From: Octopus vulgaris
Lineage: Eukaryota
Direction of reading: 5' to 3'
NCBI GenBank assembly: GCA_951406725.2
Contig: OX597816.1
Location: forward strand, 19,902,001-19,966,000
DNA: 64,000 bases
This document shows, piece after piece, positions 1 through 12,632 of this stretch. A program made the position numbers and the translations under genes. The notes beneath the pieces are model-generated. The model made no database searches, was not told the origin of the DNA, and saw only the letters and a program-made list of their open reading frames with translations. Within the stretch, counting starts at the first letter, position 1; every line of letters begins with the position of its first letter.

Positions 1-180
1 AAACGAAAGGTTTTGCTGAAGAAGTCACAGATACGTGACGAAAGATTTCCAGACAATGGACATGAGCTAGAACAAAAATAAAATAAGAACAGTAATAAAC
101 CAGTGAAGAACAAATATCTAGTGCGTGTGTTTATTTGGCAAAAAAATAATGACCATCCCGCAATACAACAAAACATATAT
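1..180 (+). mobile_element. Hammerhead-bearing non-autonomous repeat fragment (Penelope-like/retrozyme-like), truncated by the window edge
   Basis: Contains a hammerhead motif at 12-53. Similar in sequence and order to 23761-23900 (CTGAAGA-GTCAC..GTGAC, then gtgaagaa..gcgt..ttt.gcaa). Confidence 0.5.
12..53 (+). ncRNA. Minimal type I hammerhead ribozyme motif
   Basis: UUUG (stem I) - CUGAAGA (16-22) - A - GUCAC/AGAUAC/GUGAC (stem II) - GAAA (40-43) - GAUU - UC - CAGA (stem I'). Stem I is only 4 bp and stem III is an imperfect palindrome. Confidence 0.55.
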
Positions 181-189
181 TTTCGTGAA

Positions 190-402
190 TCTCTTTTACT
201 CCTTTACTCTGTCACCTGTTTCAGTCATTTGACTGCGGCCATGCTGGAGCACAGCATTTAATCGACCAAATCGACACCAGAACTTATTCTTTGTAAGCGT
301 AATACTTATTCTATCGGTCTCTTTTGCCGAACCGCTAAGTTACGGGGACGTAAACACACCAGCATCGGTGGTCAAGCGATATTGGGTGGGGGCAAACACA
401 GA

Positions 403-484
<82 letters not shown>

Positions 485-655
485 GGCATTTGCGACGGCC
501 TTCTTTCAATTTCCGTCTACCAAATCCACTAATAAGGCTTTGGTCGACCCAAGTCTATAGTAGAAGACAGTTGCCCAAGGTGCCACGCAGTGGAACTGAA
601 CCCGGAACCATGTGGTTGGTAAGCATGCTACTTACCACACAGCCACTCATGCGCC
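190..655 (-). mobile_element. SINE family A (tRNA-like head, internal (TA)n(TG)n, GTAAAAGA-repeat tail)
   Basis: Reverse complement of the copies at 23940, 36608 and 47589: head ggcgcaggagtggctgtgtggtaag..ggttccgggttcagtccc, tail ..gactgaaacaagtaaaagagtaaaagag. Confidence 0.9.
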
Positions 656-1137
656 TATATATAATATAGTTAAATATATATTTTCATATTAATATTTCAT
701 ATGCAATTTACATAAATTTTGACACAAAATTTCTGAATAACTATTATATAAATAAAACGCATTACTTATATTTTCTCTAATTTTGGCAGGTTCGTCTCTC
801 AAGAACTTGTATATATTCATCATTTGCAGCTCTTATCCATAGATACAGATCACTGATCTTATTTGCATATTTATGGAGACACATATAGAAGTTAATATTG
901 TTTTATGAAAATTCATTTTGCAGTTTTCTGTGTGTTTAGTAACTTTCCCATAGAAACGTTTGCGTGGAAACATACACTTTGCATCCATTTTCCATATTTC
1001 TTTGTAAAGTTTTTAAGAGCCTTCGTTCGTTTTAATAACGTTGTTCCCAATTTGTCTCTATATCAATCTAAATATCTCACTGCCCTGGCGGATCTTCTTT
1101 TCTTTTTCCCCGCCAAGTATAAACCTTTCCGCGTATA

Positions 1138-1374
1138 TACCTATTTCTTTACTACCCACAAGGGGCTAAACACAGAGGGGACAAACAAGGACAGACAAAC
1201 GGATTGAGTCGATTACATCGACCCCAGTGCGTGACTGGTACTTAATTTATCGACCCCGAAATGATGTAAGGCAAAGTCGACCTCAGCGGAATTTGAACTC
1301 ACAACGTAACGGCAGGCGAAATACGGCTACGCATTTCGCCCGGCGTGATAACGATTCTGCCAGCTCGCCGCCTT
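1138..1374 (-). mobile_element. SINE family B
   Basis: Reverse complement of 44207-44407: head aaggcggcgagctggcagaa, B-box-like gagttcaaattcc, central gtcgactttgcc..cggggtcgataaattaagtacc block. Confidence 0.88.
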
Positions 1375-1746
1375 ACATACCTACATCTATACATGCATAT
1401 ATGTACTTAAATATCTGCGTGTGTATGCACGTGTATGTGTGTAAGTATATGTTGAATACAATCATAATTAACTGATTCTCCTATATTTTCTTTTATCCAA
1501 AGCCAGGAACTTTTCCGCACATCCTCGTATGCCATGCCATTGTTTCTATGTTAGAAACAAAATTCATGGTGAGATGATAAATTAGCTGTCCGTGAAACAA
1601 TCTAGAAATCACATTGCCTCCAACAATAGCTACATTATTGTAGCAATTAGAACTATGCTTCTCTATATCTAGACATTGCAACCTCGGTTTGCTTTCTTAT
1701 ATATTATATTGAATTATACAATTACACATTGTATGTATTGAAGGTA

Positions 1747-1983
1747 GAGGCGCGTGGCTTAGTGGTTAGGGTGTCAGCATCCTGATCGTAAGGTTGTGGT
1801 TTCGATTTCTGGACCGCGTTGTGTTCTTGAGCAAAACACTTCATTTCACATTGCTCCAGTCCACTCAGATGGCAAATATGAGTAACGATGTGATGGACTG
1901 GCGTCCTGTCCAGCTGGGGAACACATACGCCATTGAAACCGGGAAACCGGGCCCATGATCCTGGCTAGGCTTTAAAAGGGCGT
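1747..1983 (+). mobile_element. SINE head D + tail X
   Basis: tRNA-like head ggcgcgtggcttagtggttagg..ggtttcgatttc, body ttgagcaaaacacttcatttcac, tail gactggcgtcc..ctggctaggctttaaaagggc. Matches 57456-57700. Confidence 0.85.
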
Positions 1984-2099
1984 GACAAGACAATATATAT
2001 ACAAGTGTATATTGAATTACGCACTTATACGCATAATTGTATAATTCAACAATTTAAACAAACACCCTATCAATATGCAATGCCAAATGTTTCTTTAAA

Positions 2100-2983
2100 T
2101 TGCCGTGCTGCACATATCTCACCACAGCGGAATATGCCATGGGGGTTAGACCAGCTCCTTAGCCAACTGGATATTAATCTGTCGTCTGCCATTTAAAAGC
2201 TTGAATTGGACTCTTTCTCTATAGATCTATATCATTTGAAAAGTCTTCCATTTTTTTCCGAAACTTTCGGACATATGGACTAATATCCTATTTATCATAA
2301 CATAATTGAAGGTGGCTGATGCAGTATGTAATTATTTTGCCAGTTGTGTGACCTCCGATCGTCTTGCTGCTTTACATTCACTTGTACGATGAATTAAACT
2401 GTTTACTCGCTAAGATATAATTATGCTATATTAAGCTGCGTTTGTAATCGTATATCAGGCTAGATGTGTCGTTTACAGTAAATTGTTGCACGAATAAATT
2501 AACGGATTACCATCAATTCAGATTATAGCAGAAAATAAGAGTAGAACAGCAGAGTTTTAGTAAAGAGAGAAGAGAGGTAATAGTAGGCAACAGGAAGTCG
2601 TTGTCGATGGACTATAAATACATGCAAGACAATGTACAGACGATACATATACTTTTATTGTTGCTTCTATTGTTGCCTATAAACTTCGGAATTTCGCAGT
2701 TCGAACGCGTTATGTTGCATTTCGCACGACGTTGTATGTTCTGGGACTGTAATAATGCGTTGCCGTGTTGCACATATCTCCCTATATCGGAATATGCCAC
2801 GGGGGTTAGACCAGCACTTTGGCCAATTGGATATTAAACTCTCATCTACCACTTAAAAGCTTGAATTGGACTCTTTCTCTTTAGATCCATATCATTTGAA
2901 CAGTCTTCGATTTTTTCCCGGAACTTTTAGATACATGGACTGATATCCTATTTATCATAACATAATTGAAGGTGGCTGATGCA
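2100..2983. repeat. Diverged direct repeat of about 224 bp (2100-2323 and 2760-2983) bracketing a core repeated at 9648-10316
   Basis: Both copies run from ttgccgtg.tgcacatatctc to cataattgaaggtggctgatgca; period 660 bp. Confidence 0.85.
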
Positions 2984-5829
2984 TTTAACTGCATTGTTAT
3001 TATGTATATACATCAATATATTGCACTCTCCCGAAATACAATACATGATTTACATTATTCAACTACGAAATATTGAACTGTGCAATAAGTGTAATATAAC
3101 GTCAGGTTGTTTACAGTTTAACATTTCATAAAGTTGAGCTCTATAACATTCGTAGCTATTTCAACAGCACCACTCCTACCACCAGCATCACCACATCATT
3201 GCAGCCGATAAAATTCCTATACCAGAATAACAGACACTCTCCAAATGACTTGAATGTGTCATTGTATTTAATTCATCTCATCGATCATTTGTTATCGATT
3301 GTATTCTGATGTACGCATGCATCTATGTATCCAATGCACCATGTATGTGTGTTTTAGGCTAGGCTTTAACACGTTGATGCATTCATCATTATGTAAACAT
3401 ACATTCCTATCTTCGCCACAAATTTGCATAGACAGATGCCTTGTATTTAGACATCTGAATGAATATGTACATATGCATACACATGTGTGTATGTATTCTA
3501 TATTATAGCGCAATACAATAATAACACAATGCTGTTGAAAGAATAAAATACATTTCATTTGATACATCGCGCACAAATTTTCTATACGGAAATATGATAT
3601 CAATGGGAAACACGTTGTAATAACAAACAATACAATGGGAAAGCCGTTACTACTTACGCCATGATGTAAAACCTAAGCTGAAATCGACCAATGAAAGGCA
3701 CGCCTATCAAAGCTTTTGTCGAGCTCATGTTTAATGCGTTAATTCATGATCACAACTTTAACATTTGTGTTGAACGAGTTGACAAAATAATAGGCAACCA
3801 GCCAAGAAATCGGAAATTTGTTTTCTCTCGACATTGCAGAGTTATATCCGTGGCAAAGGCACTTAATACTCAAAAGAGGAATTCAATCCTTCCAGCTGCA
3901 AACAAATACTGCAGAGTATGAACTATTTCGTTTCTGCAGTTGTTCTTGCTTAAAGCCAGGTCAGCTGAAGGAGTAAGCCATTAATATTTCAAATTCTCAA
4001 ACATTGTAAATGCAGGACTATGTAATCCAATGAATATTTCACGTATCTAAGACAGCATCATTTTACTTGTTCCAGTAATTCATCTGGACTGTGGCTATGC
4101 TGGAGTACGACAGCGAAAAATTTATTCCATTTCCCATTTTGAAAGAAAAGAAGGCGCTTGGATAAATACTAGAAATCGTAACCATATTGGAGTAGAATAG
4201 TTAAGACAACAATTGATTGAAAATTGTAATTAAAGTCAACAGAACAAAACTGAAACACTGTTAATTATTGAGGAAAGGTCACCGCTACTTCCAGAATAAA
4301 CATTTATATTTCAACGCAGGCATGTGGAGATTTTTCAACTCGATCACTACAACGATAAAGGTGAATGTTTTTTGGCGGGAAGTATAGTGTGACAAGAGGT
4401 CAATAAATGGCGAATAACGTCCAGAAATTATCTAAATGTTCAACTGCTGCTATCTTTTTTACTAACTTACAGGATCAAAAATGCGTGTAACATTAGAATT
4501 ACACTCATACATATGAAAATATATTTCATAGGGTTATACGTATAGGTGTGTGTATGTGTGTCTCTGTGTGTGTAAGTGTATGTATATATTAACGCAAGCA
4601 CATTCTCCAACACACATACCCCCACATACATATATATATACATATACATGCACTTATATAAACATATATATATATATACAAAATTTTGTAACACAAATTT
4701 TTAATCCTCGGATTTTTCAAATATGCTAGCCTACTGGTTTTAATTAATATCAATTTCTACCCTTATTTACTTTTAAACATATATATAGATAGAGAGAAAG
4801 AAAGAAAGAAGGAAAGAAAACGAGACACAGACAGACAAATAGAGAGGGAGATAGAGAGACGGAGACAGTGATAGAAGGTAGAAGTTTTACTCTATTACTG
4901 TATAGTTTTCGAATGATTCATACACTACAGTATATGTTCTGTTATCTTCAGCTGGAACTACGCAGTTACAAATGGCGCGCAGATGATCAGACGTCTAATA
5001 TGACCCAATCACTCGCCTTCCAATCTTGAATATACTTACTAAAATAGACATAGATTCACACAAACACTACCCGGCTATTACACAGTACGGTATTACGCAA
5101 TTTCTATCTCTTATTTGCCATCATATCGTGGTGTTATTATAAACCAATCATTCTCTACGCACACATACATACGCATACCCGGCTTTTATCTAGTACGTAA
5201 CCTTTGAACTGAACTTTATTGTCCTTCTGTGTATAATTATTTACTAAACGCTAGTTGAACTAATCTAATAACGTTTTCTGTTATTTTGTTCCTCTTAGTT
5301 CACAATGTGCTTCTTTATATTGTTTTTGTTGTTGCTACGTTTGTGTGGTGACTTATAGAATGGTGGCCTCGTAGTTTCCAATTAATTAGCGGAATTAACG
5401 TGCCGAGAAAATAAAACCATTTATCAATGCGTTTATTTCTACAGTATAAAGGACTAAATATGGGGCCAACTCCGTGCCAACTATCCTAATACAGAAACCA
5501 GAACCATAACGGTAAAGACATTTTAGTAGGATAAGATTAAATGATTGACGCACGGAATCGCTAATTAGTCTTGTTGGATATTCAGCCAGAGTATTGCGTC
5601 TGTTGTTGCTGCTTTATAGTTTGCTGTTGTATATCTAATTCTAATAATGATTCCAATAAGGCTTGCTATTGTAAAGTATGATGTAGACTCATTAGTCAAG
5701 CAGCATAAATGTACGACAGTAAATGCTTGTTTCTATAAATGTGTATGTGTTTGTGTTTATACGTAACATCAGACTTTCATATACTACTACTCCTATTACT
5801 GAGAGATTAGGAATTCTTCCTGCTGCTTC

Positions 5830-5871
<42 letters not shown>

Positions 5872-6328
5872 CATTATTGAGTGAGAGAGAGCAGTGCATG
5901 CCATCAAAGTGAGACTGGGGTAAAATATATGAAGCGCAGCATACTCATCATGTCTACCCGTCTGATAAGTGTACACCAGGCACATGCATCGCAACCAAAA
6001 TATGCGCGACATGGTGATCTCCTATCAAGATAAACAGCACATAACCTTGCAGGTGGGGCCCAGTTAGAATATTCTTCTGGTCGAATAGCCCATCCCGCTC
6101 AAAAGGTCTCTGAATAAAGGTAGTTTAAGGATGTTGAACGAAACACCCATGCTTACAAAGGTGAATTATTCAAAACCCAAAGAATCCTTCTCAACACATG
6201 GCTATGATGCTCCCCCACTACTTCTTCTCGTGTTCAAAGATGCACATATCGTCAACCACTAAGGGACATGCTCAACTGGTTAAGGTCAAACAACCGACAA
6301 ACAAATCTGTAGTAATGAGCAGAATATT
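5830..6328 (-). mobile_element. Probable non-LTR retroelement 3' fragment ending in a (TAA)n tail
   Basis: GC-richer block (5880-6328) abutting (ATT)n at 5830-5878, i.e. ..ctctctcactc(aat)n on the minus strand. Single copy in this window. Confidence 0.45.
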
Positions 6329-6723
6329 TACTCACTATTCCCAGGATCGCGACAATTATTGGTACTAGTATCACCTTTTTCAGCGACCATAATCTCCCAA
6401 TCTAACCTGTCATATCTATCGATTTCCTTTCTTCCTTATTGCATTCACTGATGTCAACTCGGCATGCGATATCTATGGTCCAGCATCGTTCGCTTTCTTT
6501 CTCAATTAACACCATGTGTGCTTTATTAATTATTATTATTATTATTATTATTATTGATATACACAAACTATTAGACTGTAGGAAAAGAAAAGGATCCTAA
6601 TATCGGGTTACAACAAGTTGCTTTAGATGCCTAAACCCTCCTAAGTATTCTAGCTATCCTAAAAACACCGTTTTCTGCAGCTGTACTAAACTGGGTTTTA
6701 TGCCTAATTCCTAAGGAATTATG

Positions 6724-6872
6724 TACATTATTTACATTATTTACATTATTTACATTCAAAATTTCCTCAAGTCATCTGAAGAAGGCTGGAAGTTATATCA
6801 GCCGAAATGTTGAGTTAACAACAAAAAGGATGAGGACAAATATCCGTCGAATGTAAATAATGTAAATAATGT
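6724..6872 (+). mobile_element. Small element with inverted (TACATTATT)n ends and a decayed hammerhead (Penelope-like)
   Basis: Inverted arms 6724-6757 and 6849-6872. Internal CTGAAGA (6776-6782) - A - GGCTG/10 nt/CAGCC - GAAA - TGTT. Confidence 0.6.
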
Positions 6873-8473
6873 GTATGCGAGTATGTTTCACAGATCCAGG
6901 AGAGGATACTATCTGCATCAAACAAAGTCTGTCTATATTGTTTTTTTTTTATGAGTGTGCATGTCCGCAGGGACGTAAATCTATACCAGATTTAATTCGA
7001 TGAAATGCGAATATACACTCATAAAACCGATAAAAATTGGCATTCAAAACGAATACCTTTTGGTAAGTTTTCGGCACCAATCGCACAGATACTCCTCTGT
7101 CTTATTCAGCAACAGATTTTCATTAAAATAGTTAATGGCTCGTTGGAAACCTGTGAAGAATGATGTTATTTCTCCTGAATTACGCATCGAGGCGCACAAT
7201 ATCATTTAGCAAAAATAATAATTGTTGCAAAGTCTATTAGAGTATATATTTTTCTATTTGTACAGTATTGTTTCATCATCTAACTTTCTGGGCGTCTTAT
7301 TCCTCTTGGATCGATAAAATAATCTCCATTCTTACACTTTGCAGGATTTATATGTCTGTTCCGTCTATGACTTCATGTTCCTAATGTTCCAAGCCATTAT
7401 TAAAGTTGTTGTTGTTGTTGGATTTACTGCTGAAAGATTCGCCTCGGAGCAATTCCTTTTTCACTTGATACAATATATGTTTTCTCAAACAAAAGAATTG
7501 GCTTGTTTCTTGGAATGTATTTCATAAGAGGGAAAACGAGGAGAATTTGTTTTACATCAATTCTATTTAGGGAAACAAATTTTATTTGTTATTTTCTTCT
7601 GCCTTCGTGACAGAAATACATTTTAACATGACTATAAGTGTGGCGGTGGGTGATAATTTGCCATAATAATTGTATCTAAATCCGCCTTCGGAGAAGAGCA
7701 AACAATGCGATTCTCTGTGTACATGGAACAATCTCAAATAACAGCAATGCTTCAACATTGACAGCAAAATGAACATCAATTCTTATAAAAAAAATAATGA
7801 AAATATCAGTTGTAGAATTGATGAAAGAGTGTATAAATGTGAGAATTTGGGATAACATCTACGAAATGAAACAAAACGATTTCAAAAAAATTTAAATTTC
7901 TGCAATTGAAAACGACATTGTTTTTGTCTTTTTTTTTCTGCGAGCCCGAGATTCACAACGCTCTTTCATATTCTTCCTATCTATGTATAATAGGTTCGAG
8001 TGGTTTATAAGCTACCAAACTGAGAACACATTCTCACAAAATATAAGGAGTCATTCTCAGAAGAATAATTGTAATATCAAAAATGTCTTTTGTCCTATGA
8101 ATATTGCAACGATATACATCAGCAATAAAAACTGCATATGAACAGAAATTTTAATAGCCTTGATCACATTTGCTTGTGCTGTGTATAAGATCAGAACTTA
8201 CTGGATTAGAAATGAAGAGTCGTCCCTGGAAAAGAGGAAAAAAGCTACGCCTGAACACACTGCAGTACTAATGAATACTCATTATTTATCGAAGGGCAAA
8301 ATATTGCTTTCCTCCATGCAATGTAGAATATCTGACGTAAACAGATCATTGAATCAAAAGCAAGCATCATTCACACTATGGGTGTAGTTAGGTGTACTAA
8401 CACTGTTCTTAACGACAGCTGTGGAAAAAATACAATGAGCTGTAACAGATATGGTACGGCAAAATATTTCAGC

Positions 8474-8777
8474 GTGGAGGTGCAATGGCCCAGTGGATAG
8501 GGCAGCGGACTCGCGGTTTCGATTCCCAGACCGGGCGTTATGCGTGTTTATAGATCGAAAACACCTAAATCTCCATGAGGCTCCTGCAGGGGGTGGGGTC
8601 GGCGACCCCTGTTGTACTCCTTCGCTCCAAATTTCTCTCACACTTCCTGTTTCTTGAGTAACGCTGCGATCGACTGGCGTCCCGGCCAGCTGGGGGGGGG
8701 GGCACATACGCCATAGAAACCGGGCAAACCGGGCCCATGAGTCTGGCTAGGCTTAAAACAGGCTGCGTAATAAAAAA
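8474..8777 (+). mobile_element. SINE head C + tail X, with 13-bp TSD
   Basis: Head gtggaggtgcaatggcccagtgg..ggtttcgattccc. Tail matches that of 1747-1983. TSD aaaatatttcagc at 8461-8473 and 8778-8790. Confidence 0.88.
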
Positions 8778-9647
8778 AAAATATTTCAGCAGAGAATAAA
8801 GAACGATATCTTCAGTATAAAAACAGATCTCGAAGCAAACTCTTCGAGGATGTCAAATATATATTTCAATCAGAAATTTCGAAACTATATCACGTAAATA
8901 GGTTATGGCTTTAGCTGACAAGTTTCTGAATGTAAGGAATCTAATAGAAAAGACCTACGTAACATAGAGGCCTAATGACAGTATTCATAGGAGCAAGTAA
9001 CACAACTAAAGTAGTTTTATAGAAATAGATAGCAAAATAGTTAAATGCGAACACCACAGGCAAAGGAGTAAGAATAAATTGTAAATCAAAGAGTAAACGT
9101 GCTTAGGTTTCTGTCAAAAATTTAATCAGATATGTGAAGAAATGCTTTGACTGTAGAAACTCATGTCTGGATGTGTTTTAGGATATGAACTATTAACCTA
9201 TAGCCATGTAACAGTTTCCTGAATTTGAAAAAATAACACACACTACTTTGCGGATAAATAAATGCCTGTTGAAAAACATGAAGGCTGTGTATTTCCTTGT
9301 CCAGCAGTCAATAAGACTGCCTAGATATTCATGTCATCTTGTTGGGAGTGAGGTTTACGTGTGAGGCAGGACTAATTTGTAATCGCCTAAATACCAATTT
9401 AAATATGTGACTTCAAGAAAACTTGCATGCAAATTTAGAAATAATTACGCATGAAAATTGTTAACGTAGATATTTTAAGAAATCTGTAAACAGGCACTGG
9501 ATTAGCAGATATTAAGATTATAATATTACCGCATAGTTTCTCAGACAGGATTTAAGAGAATTAAGAGTGTATTCATTGGCCCTCAGTAAAATTTAAAACC
9601 CTATGTAAACAGGATATTGATGCGGGTTGGAGTTAGGGATAAAGCAT

Positions 9648-10316
9648 AATGTAATTTTTTTTCCCAGTTGTGTGATCTCCGATCGTTTTGCTCCTTTACG
9701 ATCAATTAAACCGATAACTCGCTAAGATATGATTAAGCTGTATTAAGCTGCATTTACATGTATCTTTATCGTAATTTTTAAGTTTAAACCATCTAGCATA
9801 TTACTTGATGTCGTTGGTTGTTTTAGTGAAAAGCAGAGTGCTTCTGAGGTGTTTCTGCAAAGTTTCCCATTATGTGAGATTCATTGACGGAACGTGGATC
9901 GACATGAGGTTTTGTTAAATATTACTGACACCGATGCCAAACAGTGGGATAGAAACTGGAAGTTAATTATACTTGTTATCGCCTAACAAATAGTAATTGT
10001 ATATCTGGGTAGATGTGTCGTTTTCAGTAAATTGCTGACACGAATAAATTAACGAATTACCATCAATTCAGATTAAAACAGAAAAGAAGAGTAGAACAGC
10101 AGAGTTTTAGTAAATATAGAAGTGAGGTAATAGTAGGCAACATGAAGTCGTTGTCGATGGACTATAAATACATGCAAAAGGGACAATGTACAGGCGATAC
10201 ATATACTTCTATTGGTGCTTCACGAACTGACTATAAACTTCGGGATTTCGCTGTTCGAACGTGATATGTCGCATTTCTGACGACGTTGTATGTTCTGCAG
10301 CTGTAATTGTGCGTTG
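9648..10316. repeat. Dispersed paralogue of 2326-2762 with about 240 bp extra internal sequence
   Basis: Shared strings such as ccagttgtgtga.ctccgatcg, ttaccatcaattcagatta and gaagtcgttgtcgatggactataaatacatgcaa. Confidence 0.85.
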
Positions 10317-10482
10317 TGAAGACAAACCTGTGCATGGATTTGAAGTCGACCAATGCTCTGGACGCTTGACTTTTTCATTGAATGTGCGGGAACGTTTTAC
10401 TTATGCAATGTTTTTCTAAATAGTTTCCAAATAATATGCTCGAAGTTATATATATATAGGTTTCAGATGTTGTTCGGGAGAG

Positions 10483-10658
10483 GTGGATGCAATCGATTAG
10501 GTCGAACCCAGTGATAATATGGAACTTATTTCATTTAGCAAGAAGGTACGGAATGCAAATTCAGCCACGGCGGAATTTGAACTCCGAATATAAAGACGGA
10601 CGAAATACCGTAAAGCATTTGCTCGAAGTGCTAACGCTTCTGCTAGCTCGAGACCTTA
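10483..10658 (-). mobile_element. Decayed SINE family B
   Basis: ggcggaatttgaactccgaa..gacgaaataccgtaaagcatt..gctaacgcttctgctagctcg. Confidence 0.7.
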
Positions 10659-10824
10659 CGTCATGTGAGCTATCTTAAAGTATATCTCAGTTCCCTTCCT
10701 TGTTTGTGTAAATGAGAACTAATATTCAATATATACAACATTTCAAGTTCTGTGGAATAGAGCAATTTAACCTCCATTAGTTGAAGTACAATAATATCGT
10801 TTTATCTTTTTTTATTTTGTTAGG

Positions 10825-11030
10825 AATTGTACTCTGGGCCTAGCTGGGATATCGCCTTCAAAAATGGTTTTACGTGAACGAATCGACCCAAGTAATTATT
10901 TTAAAAATCCTGATTCGTATCCTGCTGGATGTTTTGCTGAACCGCTAGCTTACAGCAACACACACATATGCCAACACTGATTATCATGTTGTGAGGGGGG
11001 GGGGAACCCAATGATGAAGACTCAGACAAA
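10825..11030 (-). mobile_element. Decayed SINE family A 3' half
   Basis: aatcgacccaag..gctgaaccgctag..acacatatgccaacactgattatc, similar to the family A tail region. Confidence 0.6.
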
Positions 11031-11093
11031 TATATATATATATATTTATAAAAAGTGTATGTGACATACGAATGGGCATATATATATATATAT

Positions 11094-11928
11094 AATTAAA
11101 AATGAGGGTATCTGAGAGACACCACCATGCCGAAATAGCAGTCGAAACTCTGACTATAAAAACCACGTTAAGTGTTCACATCGTACCATGAGATAAGACA
11201 GAGGGACAAAATAGACAAGCAAAAGTTATTGAATAATTCAAGATCCAGGATTTCTGGTTTTGCTTTAAATAAGCTTTACCGTCATCGGTTGAATATATCA
11301 AGAGTACATAAATACAGATATATATATGCAGAACAAACGATATACTTACGATATACGTACCTTTGTACGGTATTTTTTCCCATGCTGGCCACTTGATAAT
11401 TTCGATATTTAAATATCGATATTATCCTCATTTATAAATTTATATAATTCGTTATTATATTCACTGCGGTGTTTATTTTAACCATATCGTGCTAATGGGG
11501 TGTTTTTGGCGGGCAATTTAACTGGCCGTGTGCATACGTACATATGTATATATGTATGGACGTTCGTATATGTAAGTATATCGTTTGTTCTGCATATATA
11601 TATCTGTATTTATGTACTCTTGATATATTCAACCGATGACGGTAAAGCTTATTTAAAGCAAAACCAGAAATCCTGGATCTTGAATTATTCAATAACTTTT
11701 GCTTGTCTATTTTGTCCCTCTGTCTTATCCCATGGTACGATGTGAACACTTAACGTGGTTTTTATAGTCAGAGTTTCGACTGTTATTTCGGCATGGTGGT
11801 GTCTCTCAGACACCCTCATTTTTAATTGTAAAAAATTATTACCTTTGTACGGTATTTTTTCCCATGCTGGCCACTTGATAATTTCGATATTTAAATATCG
11901 ATATTATCCTCATTTATAAATTTATATA
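11094..11928. repeat. Composite inverted + direct repeat inside (TA)n: arms 11094-11349 / 11572-11827 inverted, 11358-11446 / 11840-11928 direct
   Basis: The ORF track shows near-identical peptides on opposite strands (11172+ and 11749-). The 89-bp string tacctttgtacgg..ataaatttatata occurs twice. Confidence 0.93.
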
Positions 11929-11997
11929 TATATATATATATATACAAAAATAAGTTTGAAAATGCCACTATATAAGATAAATTTTAATTTTCTAAGG

Positions 11998-12046
11998 GAT
12001 TTTACATGTTTCGGTTCTTCTTGAAAAAGCGAACCTTATCAATAAT
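11998..12046 (-). ncRNA. Decayed hammerhead ribozyme motif (probably inactive)
   Basis: Minus strand: UUGAUAA (two transitions from CUGAUGA) - GGUUC/13 nt/GAACC - GAAA - CAUG - UA, with palindromic stem III ACAUGU. Confidence 0.45.
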
Positions 12047-12255
12047 ACTTTTAAAAATTAAGTGTAATAAAAAGTTCTTAAAAGTTTCATACTAGTCTCA
12101 ACAGAGTCCAGTTGGTGGTGTTTTGTGGCGGGGAGCATAATGGTTGTCTTGCGCGTTGACTACAATCGTTAGCTGTAATCGTGAAAAGAAAATATTTTAC
12201 CATATATATATATGTGTGTGTGTGTAGAAAGATAGATACAGAGAGACAGAGAAAT

Positions 12256-12287
<32 letters not shown>

Positions 12288-12591
12288 GTAGATAGAAATG
12301 TGTATGCAACGGGTTTTTTTTAGCTTCCGTCTATTAATTCCATTCACAAGGCTTTATGTATGCAAGAGTTTATTAAATGCTCTATATTCTTCCTAATTAT
12401 TATTCAATGAAATGCTATTTTCACGAACTCATCACAAAATTCGCTTTCAATGTATAATTCATTCTTTTAACTTTCGTACACTTTTGTATTATAACTTCCC
12501 AAACAATTCCTTTAAAATACATTTACATTCTCACTTAGCATTATTAAATCATGTGTTGTTTATTACTTTTAATTTTAAGTACTTTAAAAAC

Positions 12592-12628
<37 letters not shown>

Positions 12629-12632
12629 TATT

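Noticed and set aside
11172-11749. Near-identical peptides on opposite strands as a gene pair (also 25041-25582 and 60387-60852)
   Set aside because: A consequence of DNA inverted repeats, not coding conservation.
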